Shown: one piece after another, positions 46,856-56,411 of the stretch
Layout of the letters: each line of letters starts with the position of its first letter
Position numbering within the stretch: the stretch's first letter is position 1
Program-made: the position numbers and the translations under genes
Source: a virus
Strand: one strand, 5' to 3'
DNA: 64,000 nucleotides
Virus genome (UHGV): UHGV-0240017
The notes under the pieces: model-generated
Seen by the model: the letters and a program-made list of their open reading frames with translations, nothing else
The model's database searches: none
Told to the model about the DNA's origin: nothing

Positions 46856-48211
46856 TTAACGCGTAAATGCCGAAGTTGCAAATCCACCGAAACTGCTGTT
46901 CGTTGCAAATGCTGAACTCGTGCTAAACGCGCTAGTCCCACCGACATCCCCGCTGAAAGAATTATTCCCTCCACCAAAGGTACTTGCCAAAGAACCTCCG
47001 GTATTCCCTACACCAAAAATACTCTGACCACCGAAAGGTGACACCTTGCGCTCACCACCAAACGCATCCACAACAGAAATTCGACTTACCATACCGTTGG
47101 CAGGGCTAGTTGTTCCGTGTTGCTCAGCGTAACGTTGCATCGCTGGCGTCAAATTCCCATAAGGACTTCGCGCGGCCATGTTACGTTCACGAGCACGGAA
47201 GAATTCCATCGGATCTGACTTATCCGCTTTATCCGCATCCGATGCACGTTTTTGTGGAATCTGCTGCGGAGCCTGCGCACGATCGATACGGAAATCATGC
47301 GCCGTGGTATCACGTTCAGGGCTGTCAGAACGTGGGCCGGTGTTATACGGTAAAGTCTGAATAACGTTATCGTAAATATCCATATTGTCCAGCTGAGAAA
47401 TCCATTCATCTTCCAACGGACGTAAAGATGTGTGGTCGCGCAATCCCTTAACGACATTATTGTAATTCACAACGTACTGCGCCCAGCCACGTGCTAAGCA
47501 ACCGAAATACGGACGCGAATCATTAGACCCCGTTACGCTCGGATACCAACCGAACACGGTGGTCAGTAAACGGTGGATAATGATTTTGTCTTGTTTACGT
47601 TGAAGCTTCGCAGAGAAGTACATTGCAGTACCATCTAACGATTCTTCTTCGAACATATTCCGATAATTAGCTACGCGGTTAAACTTCACGCCGTCGATAA
47701 CTAAATCAGATGCAATAAAAAGCTGGGTGATCTTGTGCTTTTTATCTTTTTCCAATTGTCCATAGACGAACGCTTTCACCGCTTCCCAGGATTTCACCAA
47801 ACGTTCGTCGAACGTCGGATCTTTCATCCCTTCGCAAATCTGTTCTGTTAAGAACTTCTTGTAGGATGCAGAACGTACTGCTTTACCACTTGCCCCCGTT
47901 TCCAGAATCGCGTCGATTAATGCAAAGGAGCGAATGAACAGGTTCGCATTAATGGATTTCTTCAGGAAACGAATTGTCCCTGATTCACCTGCCAGTACCG
48001 ATTCACACAGTGGATGAAATGCCTGACATTCGCGACCATCATCGTCTTCCATACCACGCTTAATCATCGCTGGGGTGGGAAGCGCCAAACGGCGCTTCAC
48101 TTTGTTATACGTAAACTCTGCCGGTTCACCACCGTCACGAGTGAGTAAATCGTTTTCAAAATCGAATCCTTGTGATTTAAGAAACGATTTGTAGAATTCA
48201 ATAATTTTCAT
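46856..48211 (-). CDS. hypothetical protein (451 aa) with Gly/Ser/Phe-rich disordered C-terminal tail
   Basis: ATG start; last ~65 aa FGGQSIFGVGNTGGSLASTFGGGNNSFSGD...SSFGGFATSAFTR. Confidence 0.7.
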   Translation of the reverse strand: MKIIEFYKSFLKSQGFDFENDLLTRDGGEPAEFTYNKVKRRLALPTPAMIKRGMEDDDGRECQAFHPLCESVLAGESGTIRFLKKSINANLFIRSFALIDAILETGASGKAVRSASYKKFLTEQICEGMKDPTFDERLVKSWEAVKAFVYGQLEKDKKHKITQLFIASDLVIDGVKFNRVANYRNMFEEESLDGTAMYFSAKLQRKQDKIIIHRLLTTVFGWYPSVTGSNDSRPYFGCLARGWAQYVVNYNNVVKGLRDHTSLRPLEDEWISQLDNMDIYDNVIQTLPYNTGPRSDSPERDTTAHDFRIDRAQAPQQIPQKRASDADKADKSDPMEFFRARERNMAARSPYGNLTPAMQRYAEQHGTTSPANGMVSRISVVDAFGGERKVSPFGGQSIFGVGNTGGSLASTFGGGNNSFSGDVGGTSAFSTSSAFATNSSFGGFATSAFTR

Positions 48212-48233
48212 TTAAGAGTCCTTGATTAATCTT

Positions 48234-49940
48234 TTACTCGCCGAATGCACCAAAGCCAGACACTGGCGCAGAGGTTGACATATCGCCACCACCAAAGCTA
48301 CCGAAGCTACCCAGGCTCGTAGGTGCAGACACAGGGGCAGTTGGGATATTCGACAGGATATTCGAACGGTTCTGACCACGGTTGAATTCTTGGTACCCTT
48401 CTTCCACTTTGTTCATCAGCTGCGCTGTTTCTGCAGCTAACTGGTTCGTGTACTGAAGGTCAGTCGTTGTACCACAATGCAGACGTGCTTTCATGAACGA
48501 CGCATGAGTATAATACTCAGGTAGCTCACCATCGATTTCGATTTCGATACGTGAAACCACACCAACGATACACGTTACGGTCATCTTACAACGAATACGG
48601 TTGTGTTTAGTCACTTGCAAGAATACGCCTTGTAAATCACTCAAGAAGCGACGTGCTAACACATCCGGTAATCCGTCTTCAGTTAATGCCCCAACGTTGT
48701 GTTTTGACACTTGCAGTAGAGGTGGTGTTGCAATATCCGCCATACGGTTATCGTAGAAGAAAGTCACTTCGCCGATAAGGTTACGAGTGACCACAGGCCC
48801 CAGTAACATGGCTAAATCAAATGCCACCAACGAACCCTGAGTAGAATAGTTATTACGTCCTACCCAATCATCGGTGCGTTCAATTTCACCAAAACCACGA
48901 CGAGCCGCGACAGCCAGTGAGTGCGCAATTGCAGCATCCACATCTTCGGGATTAATCACCGCGTTACGCAAGTCGCACAGTTTGAATGCTGCACGGTTCG
49001 CAACGTTCCAACCGCTAGTCATATCGGACGTAGCGTTGGACATGGCTGTTCTAAAAGCCTTCACCAACTCGTAACTGTTGAAATTACGCATCACACCAAT
49101 CTGGCTAAGTTCAGATTCTACCCCAAGAGAATGATCTCCTGCGAAGAAGCTGTCTACTGCGCTCAACTCCGTTTCAATCCCCATGGTGTTAATAAAGGAA
49201 TTGGAGATCGCCGTCACGAAAGATTCTGGTCTGGTTAATTGACTAGACATCAACTGTGGCGCACGCTGGCAATTAGCGGAGATAACGGTGTTGTTATCCA
49301 GCTCAATCTGCTCACCTGCTTTCACCACTTTACGCACCATATCAGCTGCTTTCGCGGTAGAAATAACGTCAATGGTGTGCTCTACATAGCTGTCTGCGGT
49401 TAATGTCTTAGACAGCACATAGTTGTCTATCAAGCGGAAGGAATCCGGGTTGATACGGCGTCCACCGAACGCATCGGTGATATACGTACATTGTAACCCG
49501 TATATTTCGTTGATATACAGAACCATGTCATCCGGCAGGTGATTAAACATGGATCGCTCTGCCTGGGACGTATACCCGGAAACAACATAACGTGTTTCTT
49601 GAGTCCGTGTGTCATTTAACGAGTTCGAAACAATAATCGCCACGAAGTTATACACACCAGTATCGCGAGAATTATACGCAAAATGGATTGGTTGCGATTC
49701 GTTATCACTCACGTTAATGAATGGACGTTCAATACCAGTTGGGGTATTGTCGAAACCCACAATCTGCCCCAAGGCTTCTTGATAAGCCCGAGAACCTGTT
49801 GCTTTATCACCATGTTCTGCAACCACATCCACTAACTCATCCAAAGCGTGCTGCGATTCAAAGAACCCAATGCGACGACGAATCTGCTCTGGGATTTCGT
49901 ACACTGGATACATTTGTAGTTTCAAAAGTTTCATTGCCAT
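48234..49940 (-). CDS. hypothetical protein (568 aa) with FG-rich C-terminal tail
   Basis: ATG with AAAGGAG SD; C terminus SLGSFGSFGGGDMSTSAPVSGFGAFGE. Confidence 0.7.
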   Translation of the reverse strand: MAMKLLKLQMYPVYEIPEQIRRRIGFFESQHALDELVDVVAEHGDKATGSRAYQEALGQIVGFDNTPTGIERPFINVSDNESQPIHFAYNSRDTGVYNFVAIIVSNSLNDTRTQETRYVVSGYTSQAERSMFNHLPDDMVLYINEIYGLQCTYITDAFGGRRINPDSFRLIDNYVLSKTLTADSYVEHTIDVISTAKAADMVRKVVKAGEQIELDNNTVISANCQRAPQLMSSQLTRPESFVTAISNSFINTMGIETELSAVDSFFAGDHSLGVESELSQIGVMRNFNSYELVKAFRTAMSNATSDMTSGWNVANRAAFKLCDLRNAVINPEDVDAAIAHSLAVAARRGFGEIERTDDWVGRNNYSTQGSLVAFDLAMLLGPVVTRNLIGEVTFFYDNRMADIATPPLLQVSKHNVGALTEDGLPDVLARRFLSDLQGVFLQVTKHNRIRCKMTVTCIVGVVSRIEIEIDGELPEYYTHASFMKARLHCGTTTDLQYTNQLAAETAQLMNKVEEGYQEFNRGQNRSNILSNIPTAPVSAPTSLGSFGSFGGGDMSTSAPVSGFGAFGE

Positions 49941-49970
49941 TGTAAATGCTCCTTTAGGTCAAGCCGAAAA

Positions 49971-51683
49971 TTATTGATTAAACCATGCTACTTCTTCGCA
50001 TTTCTTTCTGTTTTGAATTAACAGAAATTCTGCTAACATGTTCTGAAGTCGCGGATGAGGTGAATAGTCCAACATCACTGTCCCACACCGTAACATTCTG
50101 GCTGCTTCCGGTGTTGCCCTGAGATTGAAGTTGAACGGCGCAATATGTTCACGAACCAACAAGCTGAGAGAATCCTTCAATGTTGATTGTTCGTAAGTAT
50201 TACGATGTTTACGGTATGCTTGTGGATAATATCTATCCGTTTTTATTTTAATCTCATTATCGATAGGCTCGATGGGATACCCGCCATTTAGTGGTGCCCG
50301 GATCATTTCACAACTTAACAACTGTGCAATCTCAGGCATTCCGTAATAGATGTAAACGGCTTGGGATATACCCATCGCATTCTTAAACGCTTCTGCGTCG
50401 ATTTCCTTGTATGTACGACGATCTGCAAATCGGTGCATCACTGCCGCCACCAACCATTCGTAGAGTTCGTAGAACGGATACTGATGGTTAATGTTGATAG
50501 AATCTATCAGCACTTTCACATCTGCGGGAGCAATATCGAGATTCAAAGCACGCACCGCACGACGATAGTCATTAAAGAATTCTTGAGTACGAACGAATTC
50601 CTTCATTGGTGCTTTAGTCCGAGCTTGAACCAAGTCAATCGACGAAGTTTTCCCCTTCTCGCCATTGAACATGATTTTCTCAGGATTCGCTTTTAGCATC
50701 ACGTTTTGGCCGGAAATTTTTCCCGCGAAGCCCGTTTCGATTTCTTGTCGAATATTGAAATACATCCCCGCCACGATGTTGTTTTCAACCATCGTACCTG
50801 GCGGTAGTTCGGCACCGATTAACTTCATTGCAATTAAACGGATAACGGCGAACGCTATGATGTATTCCTCTACCATATCCGTACCGTAGCCACAGATAGA
50901 TGCCAGGACGGTAAGGTTTGCAGTATTAGGTCCTTTACTCCCCCCGTCCTGAACTTTCGAAATCACCGACACTAAAAACTCACGCAACTTTGTAATGGCT
51001 GGCAGTGTAGCAATCTCGGTATCAGACAACAACTCCATGCAGTAGGTCAGGTTATAAACACTTTTGCGCTTCGACTCAACAGAAGCACGTGTTGCAGGAA
51101 AAGCGTCCAAAATCAAGAATACGGGAATAAACGGTTTTGTCATCAAAGACAAAATCACCAATTCGTAATAATCTTGTACGATATACGTCATCTCTTTTGG
51201 ATAATTCGACGACATCTCTTCGTACGTTTCGTGGACGTTTTGAGGAATCCACACCGAACCGTGTGGATAAAGCTGGCGGAATCTATCTGCGTGGTGAAAT
51301 TTAGCAATTCTCGCGACGAGCGTGGGGACGTGTTCACGAATAACTTCTGGGGGCTCATTAGCTAACAACTCTAATTCTTCGTAAACTGAAAACAGTTCGC
51401 TTTTCTCTTCAGGCGTTAAAGTTGACCAATAACGCTCGATTTCCATGAACATGATTTTATCGTGCGTTACGATCTGTCCGAAACTATCGCGTACGTCTGG
51501 CACATTCACGTCTTTACGTCCATTTCGGAAACCATTAAACGCGACCTCTTTTTCGCCGTACTTTATCACTAAACGGTCACGATTCTTTTCAATGCGCATT
51601 TTAAAATCTCCAGGAATAACATAGTCGTCCACTAAGATAAAATCTATCTCAGATAACTTCGACTGTATTCTACACACATACAC
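49971..51683 (-). CDS. hypothetical protein (570 aa)
   Basis: Long ORF; start probably GTG; terminator hairpin 51692-51711 upstream of next gene. Confidence 0.65.
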   Translation of the reverse strand: MYVCRIQSKLSEIDFILVDDYVIPGDFKMRIEKNRDRLVIKYGEKEVAFNGFRNGRKDVNVPDVRDSFGQIVTHDKIMFMEIERYWSTLTPEEKSELFSVYEELELLANEPPEVIREHVPTLVARIAKFHHADRFRQLYPHGSVWIPQNVHETYEEMSSNYPKEMTYIVQDYYELVILSLMTKPFIPVFLILDAFPATRASVESKRKSVYNLTYCMELLSDTEIATLPAITKLREFLVSVISKVQDGGSKGPNTANLTVLASICGYGTDMVEEYIIAFAVIRLIAMKLIGAELPPGTMVENNIVAGMYFNIRQEIETGFAGKISGQNVMLKANPEKIMFNGEKGKTSSIDLVQARTKAPMKEFVRTQEFFNDYRRAVRALNLDIAPADVKVLIDSININHQYPFYELYEWLVAAVMHRFADRRTYKEIDAEAFKNAMGISQAVYIYYGMPEIAQLLSCEMIRAPLNGGYPIEPIDNEIKIKTDRYYPQAYRKHRNTYEQSTLKDSLSLLVREHIAPFNFNLRATPEAARMLRCGTVMLDYSPHPRLQNMLAEFLLIQNRKKCEEVAWFNQ

Positions 51684-51732
51684 GATAAAGAGCCCCAGGA
51701 TATCCTGGGGCTATGTTATAGTTTTACATTAT

Positions 51733-52377
51733 TTAGATAATATCGTCAAAATCGTTAGTTGGTGTTGGGGCTTTTGCACCGGATTGGTTGTTATAACCGC
51801 CGCCATTGCCGCCGTTATTGTAACCACCACGACCGTAACTACCACCACCCGCATTATTAAACTCACGCGGTTTGTAGTTGTCACGGAAATCTTCCAGGAA
51901 TACATCCGCATTTTTCAGGAACGCGCGTAGCTGACGCTCTGCCAGTTCCAGATCGGAGACCAGTTGTCCATTACGGAAAACACGATAACCTTTCGGATAA
52001 GTGAAATAGAATTTCTTCTGACGCGCACCAACCCCTGGGATCTCGCCGCTCAGTGCAAAGAACGGTGTCAGGTTTTCATCACGACCTACGTGTAAGCTAA
52101 CCGGTGCCTTCTTACCTTTTGCATCTTCCCATTTGAAAACAACTTTTTCGGGTTTCTGCATCACCGTACGTAGGGTTTCAAAGATATCAACGCAAACGGT
52201 ATAGCCTGCGGTGAAATAAAGACCTTCGCCTTTACCAAAGGAGTAGTGGAATTTCATCAGTTCCACATCACCATTGAACTCGTTCAGTTCAATGCCCAGT
52301 TTACGCGTACGGCCCTGTTGATCCGGCTCAGTCTGCGGGTAAAGCCATTTCTCTTTAAGGAAGTTTTTATTGACCAT
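51733..52377 (-). CDS. single-stranded-DNA-binding-like protein with Gly-rich linker and acidic tip NDFDDII
   Basis: C terminus GGGSYGRGGYNNGGNGGGYNNQSGAKAPTPTNDFDDII resembles the bacterial SSB tail ending DFDDDIPF; AGGATAAG SD. Confidence 0.6.
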   Translation of the reverse strand: MVNKNFLKEKWLYPQTEPDQQGRTRKLGIELNEFNGDVELMKFHYSFGKGEGLYFTAGYTVCVDIFETLRTVMQKPEKVVFKWEDAKGKKAPVSLHVGRDENLTPFFALSGEIPGVGARQKKFYFTYPKGYRVFRNGQLVSDLELAERQLRAFLKNADVFLEDFRDNYKPREFNNAGGGSYGRGGYNNGGNGGGYNNQSGAKAPTPTNDFDDII

Positions 52378-52435
52378 TTACTTATCCTATTTTTACATTT
52401 TCGGAGTGCTCAAACTAACAAAACGATCTGTAAAA

Positions 52436-53272
52436 TTAGCGAGACAATCTACGAAGGAACTCAATGACAAAGGGTTCGTTAACCAACTTCAAACAACTGT
52501 AAATACGATCCATAGTCGTATCTTGTCGCCAGTGGTATTTCTCGGCAGTATTCAACACCACCTTACGAACCTTTCTGTCAAGTGGGGAGAACATATACCC
52601 ATCGCCAAATAGCGTTAGGAACGCTTTGTTAAACGGGATCTGTTCGGGTTTACCGTAAAGCTTCGTGTACCATTCTAACCGACCTTTAATTTTCCCCGTG
52701 TGTGATTCTAACAGATTCAACAGCGGGAAATCTTTGTAGGCCAGTAGATCGGCGGGGTAATGGGTTAAAATCAATGTGTCATGCTGCCCTTTCGGAAACA
52801 CATCAAAGCTTTTGAATTGTTCAGGGTATTTTTCACCATATAACTTTAACGTATCGTGTTCTAGCGCATTAAAGTGATGCTGGTTAGGTGTCATCTTTTC
52901 CTGCCCTCCTGCAATCGTACGGAACGCTGCTTCGGGGAAGATTCTGTTCGCACTTTTATACGTACAGATATAGGGGACACATAGCACCGAAGGCGCTACC
53001 GCTTTCGCGGTAGCGTTAATAGAAGCAATATCTTCTTCAATCGATGCCAGCAACACTTCAGGTGTTAATCGTTCACGATTCGTTTCAAACGCGTAAAACG
53101 CGTTACGGAACAACGTCCGTAGATTCAGGTAAATATCCTGATACTTGTGGATAGGGACAGGACCCTTCCAATCGGCATATTCTCCTTCATGGAGAAGCCC
53201 TTCAAAAGCCAACGATGTAGCAATTGACATTTGATAAAACCCAAACGTGCGATCAACACTGATTGGGGTCAT
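52436..53272 (-). CDS. hypothetical protein (278 aa)
   Basis: ATG overlaps upstream stop (ATGA coupling). Confidence 0.7.
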   Translation of the reverse strand: MTPISVDRTFGFYQMSIATSLAFEGLLHEGEYADWKGPVPIHKYQDIYLNLRTLFRNAFYAFETNRERLTPEVLLASIEEDIASINATAKAVAPSVLCVPYICTYKSANRIFPEAAFRTIAGGQEKMTPNQHHFNALEHDTLKLYGEKYPEQFKSFDVFPKGQHDTLILTHYPADLLAYKDFPLLNLLESHTGKIKGRLEWYTKLYGKPEQIPFNKAFLTLFGDGYMFSPLDRKVRKVVLNTAEKYHWRQDTTMDRIYSCLKLVNEPFVIEFLRRLSR

Positions 53273-54417
53273 TTGATGCTCCTGATAATGTCAGTGACAA
53301 TTTGTGCATCGTATTTAAACGGCACTAATGCTTCTAACAAAATCGCTTCAACATTCTCTTCAGAGATGGTTTCCTCGACCTCTGCGTCGATAGCAAAACC
53401 GGCTGCGAGAATTTGCTCCTCTTCAGGCGTACGTATACGCGTACCTGAAATATGGAAAGAATATTGTGATTTCCAACGAGTAATGGCTTCCGCCAATGGA
53501 GAATCAGGGTAATATTCAATTTCCAATCGTCCTATCATTGAGGACGGATGAGTATCAATGTACTCAAGCGCAGAGAGACATTTCGCGTACTGCGATTCAT
53601 AGTCCTCCTCCGCAGCAATTTTAATCTGCGGGCAAGCGCGTTCATTAACCAAGAAATAATCTCTGGCTAAATCAGGAGTGAAATCGACAATAGCAAAGCC
53701 TTTGTCCTCTTCTTCACCCATTGCCAGGCGATCAGGGCTGCCTGGTACACGAATCTTACCCAATTGTTTCCTACGATGATCGTGATGGATGATAATCAAA
53801 TGCTTGACTAACGGTTCCCAAAAATCCGTATGGAAAAAGCGGGTAGACTCAACGGGAACTTGGAACTGAAAGCAGCCATGCATAAAGCAGAAATCCATCT
53901 GCTGTATACCACGCGTGGCTAATAATTCAGCCATTTCCTGTTCTGTTGCGGCAGCATCAATGGATTCGGAGCCCAGGGCTTTATACTCGTCCTGGACCCA
54001 ACCGACTGTCGCTCCTAACGCCTCGTCGTAAAACACGCCAATCTTATCCAGATACAAACAATCTGCACCCACCGCCCGATTTAACTCTTCAACGATTTTC
54101 GATTGTTTGTGATCGTGGGAGGGTGTTCCTTCCAAGACACGAATAGCGGTATTCGTCTGTTTGGCCCAGAGCAATAACCAAGTTAAAAACCCTATGGCTT
54201 CCTGAGAATCTTCTTGCCGCAAATGCCGGGAATCATCAAATAAATCACCAGCTATATAAATAGCGTCAATCGTATTATCGAACCGTTCTAAGGTTTCCTT
54301 GAGCACGTTAACAATATGCCACGTCGGTACACGACGGTGCAATAAGTGTACATCGCCCGTTGAGAAAATGCGCTTAACGCCAACTGGTTTCGGTGGCGGA
54401 TTAGTAATCCTCTTCAT
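53269..54417 (-). CDS. calcineurin-like metallophosphoesterase, Mre11/SbcD-like nuclease
   Basis: Phosphoesterase motifs in order: GDVHL, AGDLFDD, EGTPSHD, FMHGCF, IIHHDH. Confidence 0.7.
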   Translation of the reverse strand: MKRITNPPPKPVGVKRIFSTGDVHLLHRRVPTWHIVNVLKETLERFDNTIDAIYIAGDLFDDSRHLRQEDSQEAIGFLTWLLLWAKQTNTAIRVLEGTPSHDHKQSKIVEELNRAVGADCLYLDKIGVFYDEALGATVGWVQDEYKALGSESIDAAATEQEMAELLATRGIQQMDFCFMHGCFQFQVPVESTRFFHTDFWEPLVKHLIIIHHDHRRKQLGKIRVPGSPDRLAMGEEEDKGFAIVDFTPDLARDYFLVNERACPQIKIAAEEDYESQYAKCLSALEYIDTHPSSMIGRLEIEYYPDSPLAEAITRWKSQYSFHISGTRIRTPEEEQILAAGFAIDAEVEETISEENVEAILLEALVPFKYDAQIVTDIIRSIK

Positions 54418-55069
54418 CGATGATTCTTCTTCCCTTAGCAGGGGAGGACTGTTCAGGCTGTGCCGCCGTTACAGGTTTCTTTTGTCCCTGGATACGATTG
54501 CACAATTCTTCAAGTCCTTCAGGATAAGGTAATTGTCCTGACACGTTATAACGACGGAAGATCCAGTTTAACAGATCGATAACCTGTTTCGCACGAAGTG
54601 CATTTTCTTCGTACGACAACTTTTCGATGCCGTCCAACGTATAGTCGATCATCTGATACATCTGCCGTTCACCGACCTCGGAAATGATATCGGCTTGTTG
54701 GCGAATCATCTCTGTTTCTTCAGTGAGCGACGGCTGACCATCGACGTGTTGGAGCGACCGACCAGTATTAAGCAGGGGCGGGATCGTAAAGAGTAGTTTT
54801 GAATTATCCGAATCCGAAACAATCTGTAACGGAACGAAAGCACTACCTACATAATCCGTCCAGGTATCTTCGTTAAACGTACCGTCCAACATCCCCGACA
54901 ACAACGGCAAACCTTGTCGACGGAACATCGATTCAGTAAACACGCTGCACACACCCTGGCCCTGTTTAAGCATCTCTTCCATTTCAAGAAGTTTCTCAAA
55001 CTCAAACTTAGCACGGCCAGAAAGTTCTTCAATGGGTACCCCATTAAATTTTCCCGGTTCTTGATCCAT
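54401..55069 (-). CDS. hypothetical protein (222 aa)
   Basis: ORF in contiguous minus block. Confidence 0.65.
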   Translation of the reverse strand: MDQEPGKFNGVPIEELSGRAKFEFEKLLEMEEMLKQGQGVCSVFTESMFRRQGLPLLSGMLDGTFNEDTWTDYVGSAFVPLQIVSDSDNSKLLFTIPPLLNTGRSLQHVDGQPSLTEETEMIRQQADIISEVGERQMYQMIDYTLDGIEKLSYEENALRAKQVIDLLNWIFRRYNVSGQLPYPEGLEELCNRIQGQKKPVTAAQPEQSSPAKGRRIIDEEDY

Positions 55070-55071
55070 CC

Positions 55072-55455
55072 TTACTCATCCTCAATGACTGATGATTCAG
55101 TTTCAACGTATCGTTCCACATCATACCACACCCCGCCCGACATAACGCGAGCTTGGATAATGATACGATAGCGTACATCGGTATCCGGTAAATATTCCCA
55201 GGTTGTCTCTACTTCAACCCCTTCAGGAAAAATATGTTCGTAAAGCGTGGTTAAGTCTGTTTTCACCCGATTGGCTAAGCCGTCGGGATCTTGAGCAAAC
55301 ATTTGCTTTGCTTTCGCAAGTGACCGGACATTGCCTTGATAAATTTGCGATTGGCTATACCCCGCTTCCGTGTAATGATTCATCATCTCACGAATACGTT
55401 CACGGGGAGTTTTTGCCCAGCCGCGTGTAGAAACCGTGCCTACTGCAATCGCCAT
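55072..55455 (-). CDS. hypothetical protein (127 aa)
   Basis: ORF; terminator hairpin at 55502-55524 upstream. Confidence 0.6.
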   Translation of the reverse strand: MAIAVGTVSTRGWAKTPRERIREMMNHYTEAGYSQSQIYQGNVRSLAKAKQMFAQDPDGLANRVKTDLTTLYEHIFPEGVEVETTWEYLPDTDVRYRIIIQARVMSGGVWYDVERYVETESSVIEDE

Positions 55456-55532
55456 TCTCTACTCCTATCACATTGATAGCTGCTGCTGTAAATAAGAAAA
55501 AAGAAGGGGGTGCCCAATCCCCTTCTTTTTGA

Positions 55533-56120
55533 TTAACACGAAGCGCCGAGTTCAGAACACGGATCTTCGTCTTCCCAATCAAAACTCCGCATACGTGCCC
55601 AGTTGATTTGCATGTCAACTTGCTCCACACGCGTGAGTTTGTTGGATCGATCTTCGTTGGATACCCAGTTCCAAATACGATCTTCATCGTACTCGTTGGA
55701 CATACCCGACGTTACTTCGCGGAAGTTATCGTCCGTATGCATATACGCCGAACCACGGAAGTTATCGATTTTCGAATACCCGTTCTCGTAACCGGTCGCC
55801 ATGTTGTTATTGTACAATTGTCGATATTCTGGCAATGCCATCAGCAACGGCTGTAAAGTTGCGTTTGCAAACTGGAATTGTCCTATCTTCTCCAATTGTC
55901 GTACAACGTCAGTCGCATCGCTGTGCTGTACTTTGCGTGCGGCTGCATACATCTCACGGAAACGCTCTAATGAAATTAACTCATTACATTTTCGTTTAAC
56001 GCTTTCGATCATGTCAGGAGCAAAGGCGTTAATATCGAAATTGTCTCTGAAATAGCGATACATCCCGCTATTTTCAGTTTGTCGCGTCCAGATGGTTCCG
56101 CCTAAGTTCCACATGCCCAT
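55533..56120 (-). CDS. hypothetical protein (195 aa), coupled to the beta-prime exon-2 ORF
   Basis: ATG 5 nt after the stop of 56127..56411. Confidence 0.6.
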   Translation of the reverse strand: MGMWNLGGTIWTRQTENSGMYRYFRDNFDINAFAPDMIESVKRKCNELISLERFREMYAAARKVQHSDATDVVRQLEKIGQFQFANATLQPLLMALPEYRQLYNNNMATGYENGYSKIDNFRGSAYMHTDDNFREVTSGMSNEYDEDRIWNWVSNEDRSNKLTRVEQVDMQINWARMRSFDWEDEDPCSELGASC

Positions 56121-56126
56121 GTTTCA

Positions 56127-56411
56127 TTACCCCGCCAATTTTAATAATTCCGAGTCAAGCGCGATACCGGCTTCCAAGTCCTCTTCAGTATCCTGGAAGA
56201 AACTGTTTATGTTGCTGATATTCTCGTTATGGAGAATCATGCAACTCGAAACCTCGTCCACATTCGTGCTTGACATAAACCCGTTGTCTGGGCGATAAGC
56301 CATGCCCAGTTCCATTTCAATCTGGTCGATTGCCAATCTGCATTGTAACTGGTCGCCATCGAAATCCTGTTTGTCCACTCCATTCCTTTTGGAGCAGGTG
56401 TGCAATGACAC
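56127..56411 (-). CDS. RNA polymerase beta-prime homologue, 3' exon (contains DFDGDQ catalytic motif)
   Basis: ...SLHTCSKRNGVDKQDFDGDQLQ... versus bacterial LHPLVCAAYNADFDGDQM; track start is a GTG inside the intron/exon boundary, true exon probably begins near 56402-56408. Confidence 0.7.
   Translation of the reverse strand: MSLHTCSKRNGVDKQDFDGDQLQCRLAIDQIEMELGMAYRPDNGFMSSTNVDEVSSCMILHNENISNINSFFQDTEEDLEAGIALDSELLKLAG

Noticed and set aside
51733-54417. Rad50/SbcC ATPase partner adjacent to the Mre11-like nuclease
   Set aside because: Neighbouring ORFs (278 and 222 aa) lack Walker A/B motifs and long coiled coils.
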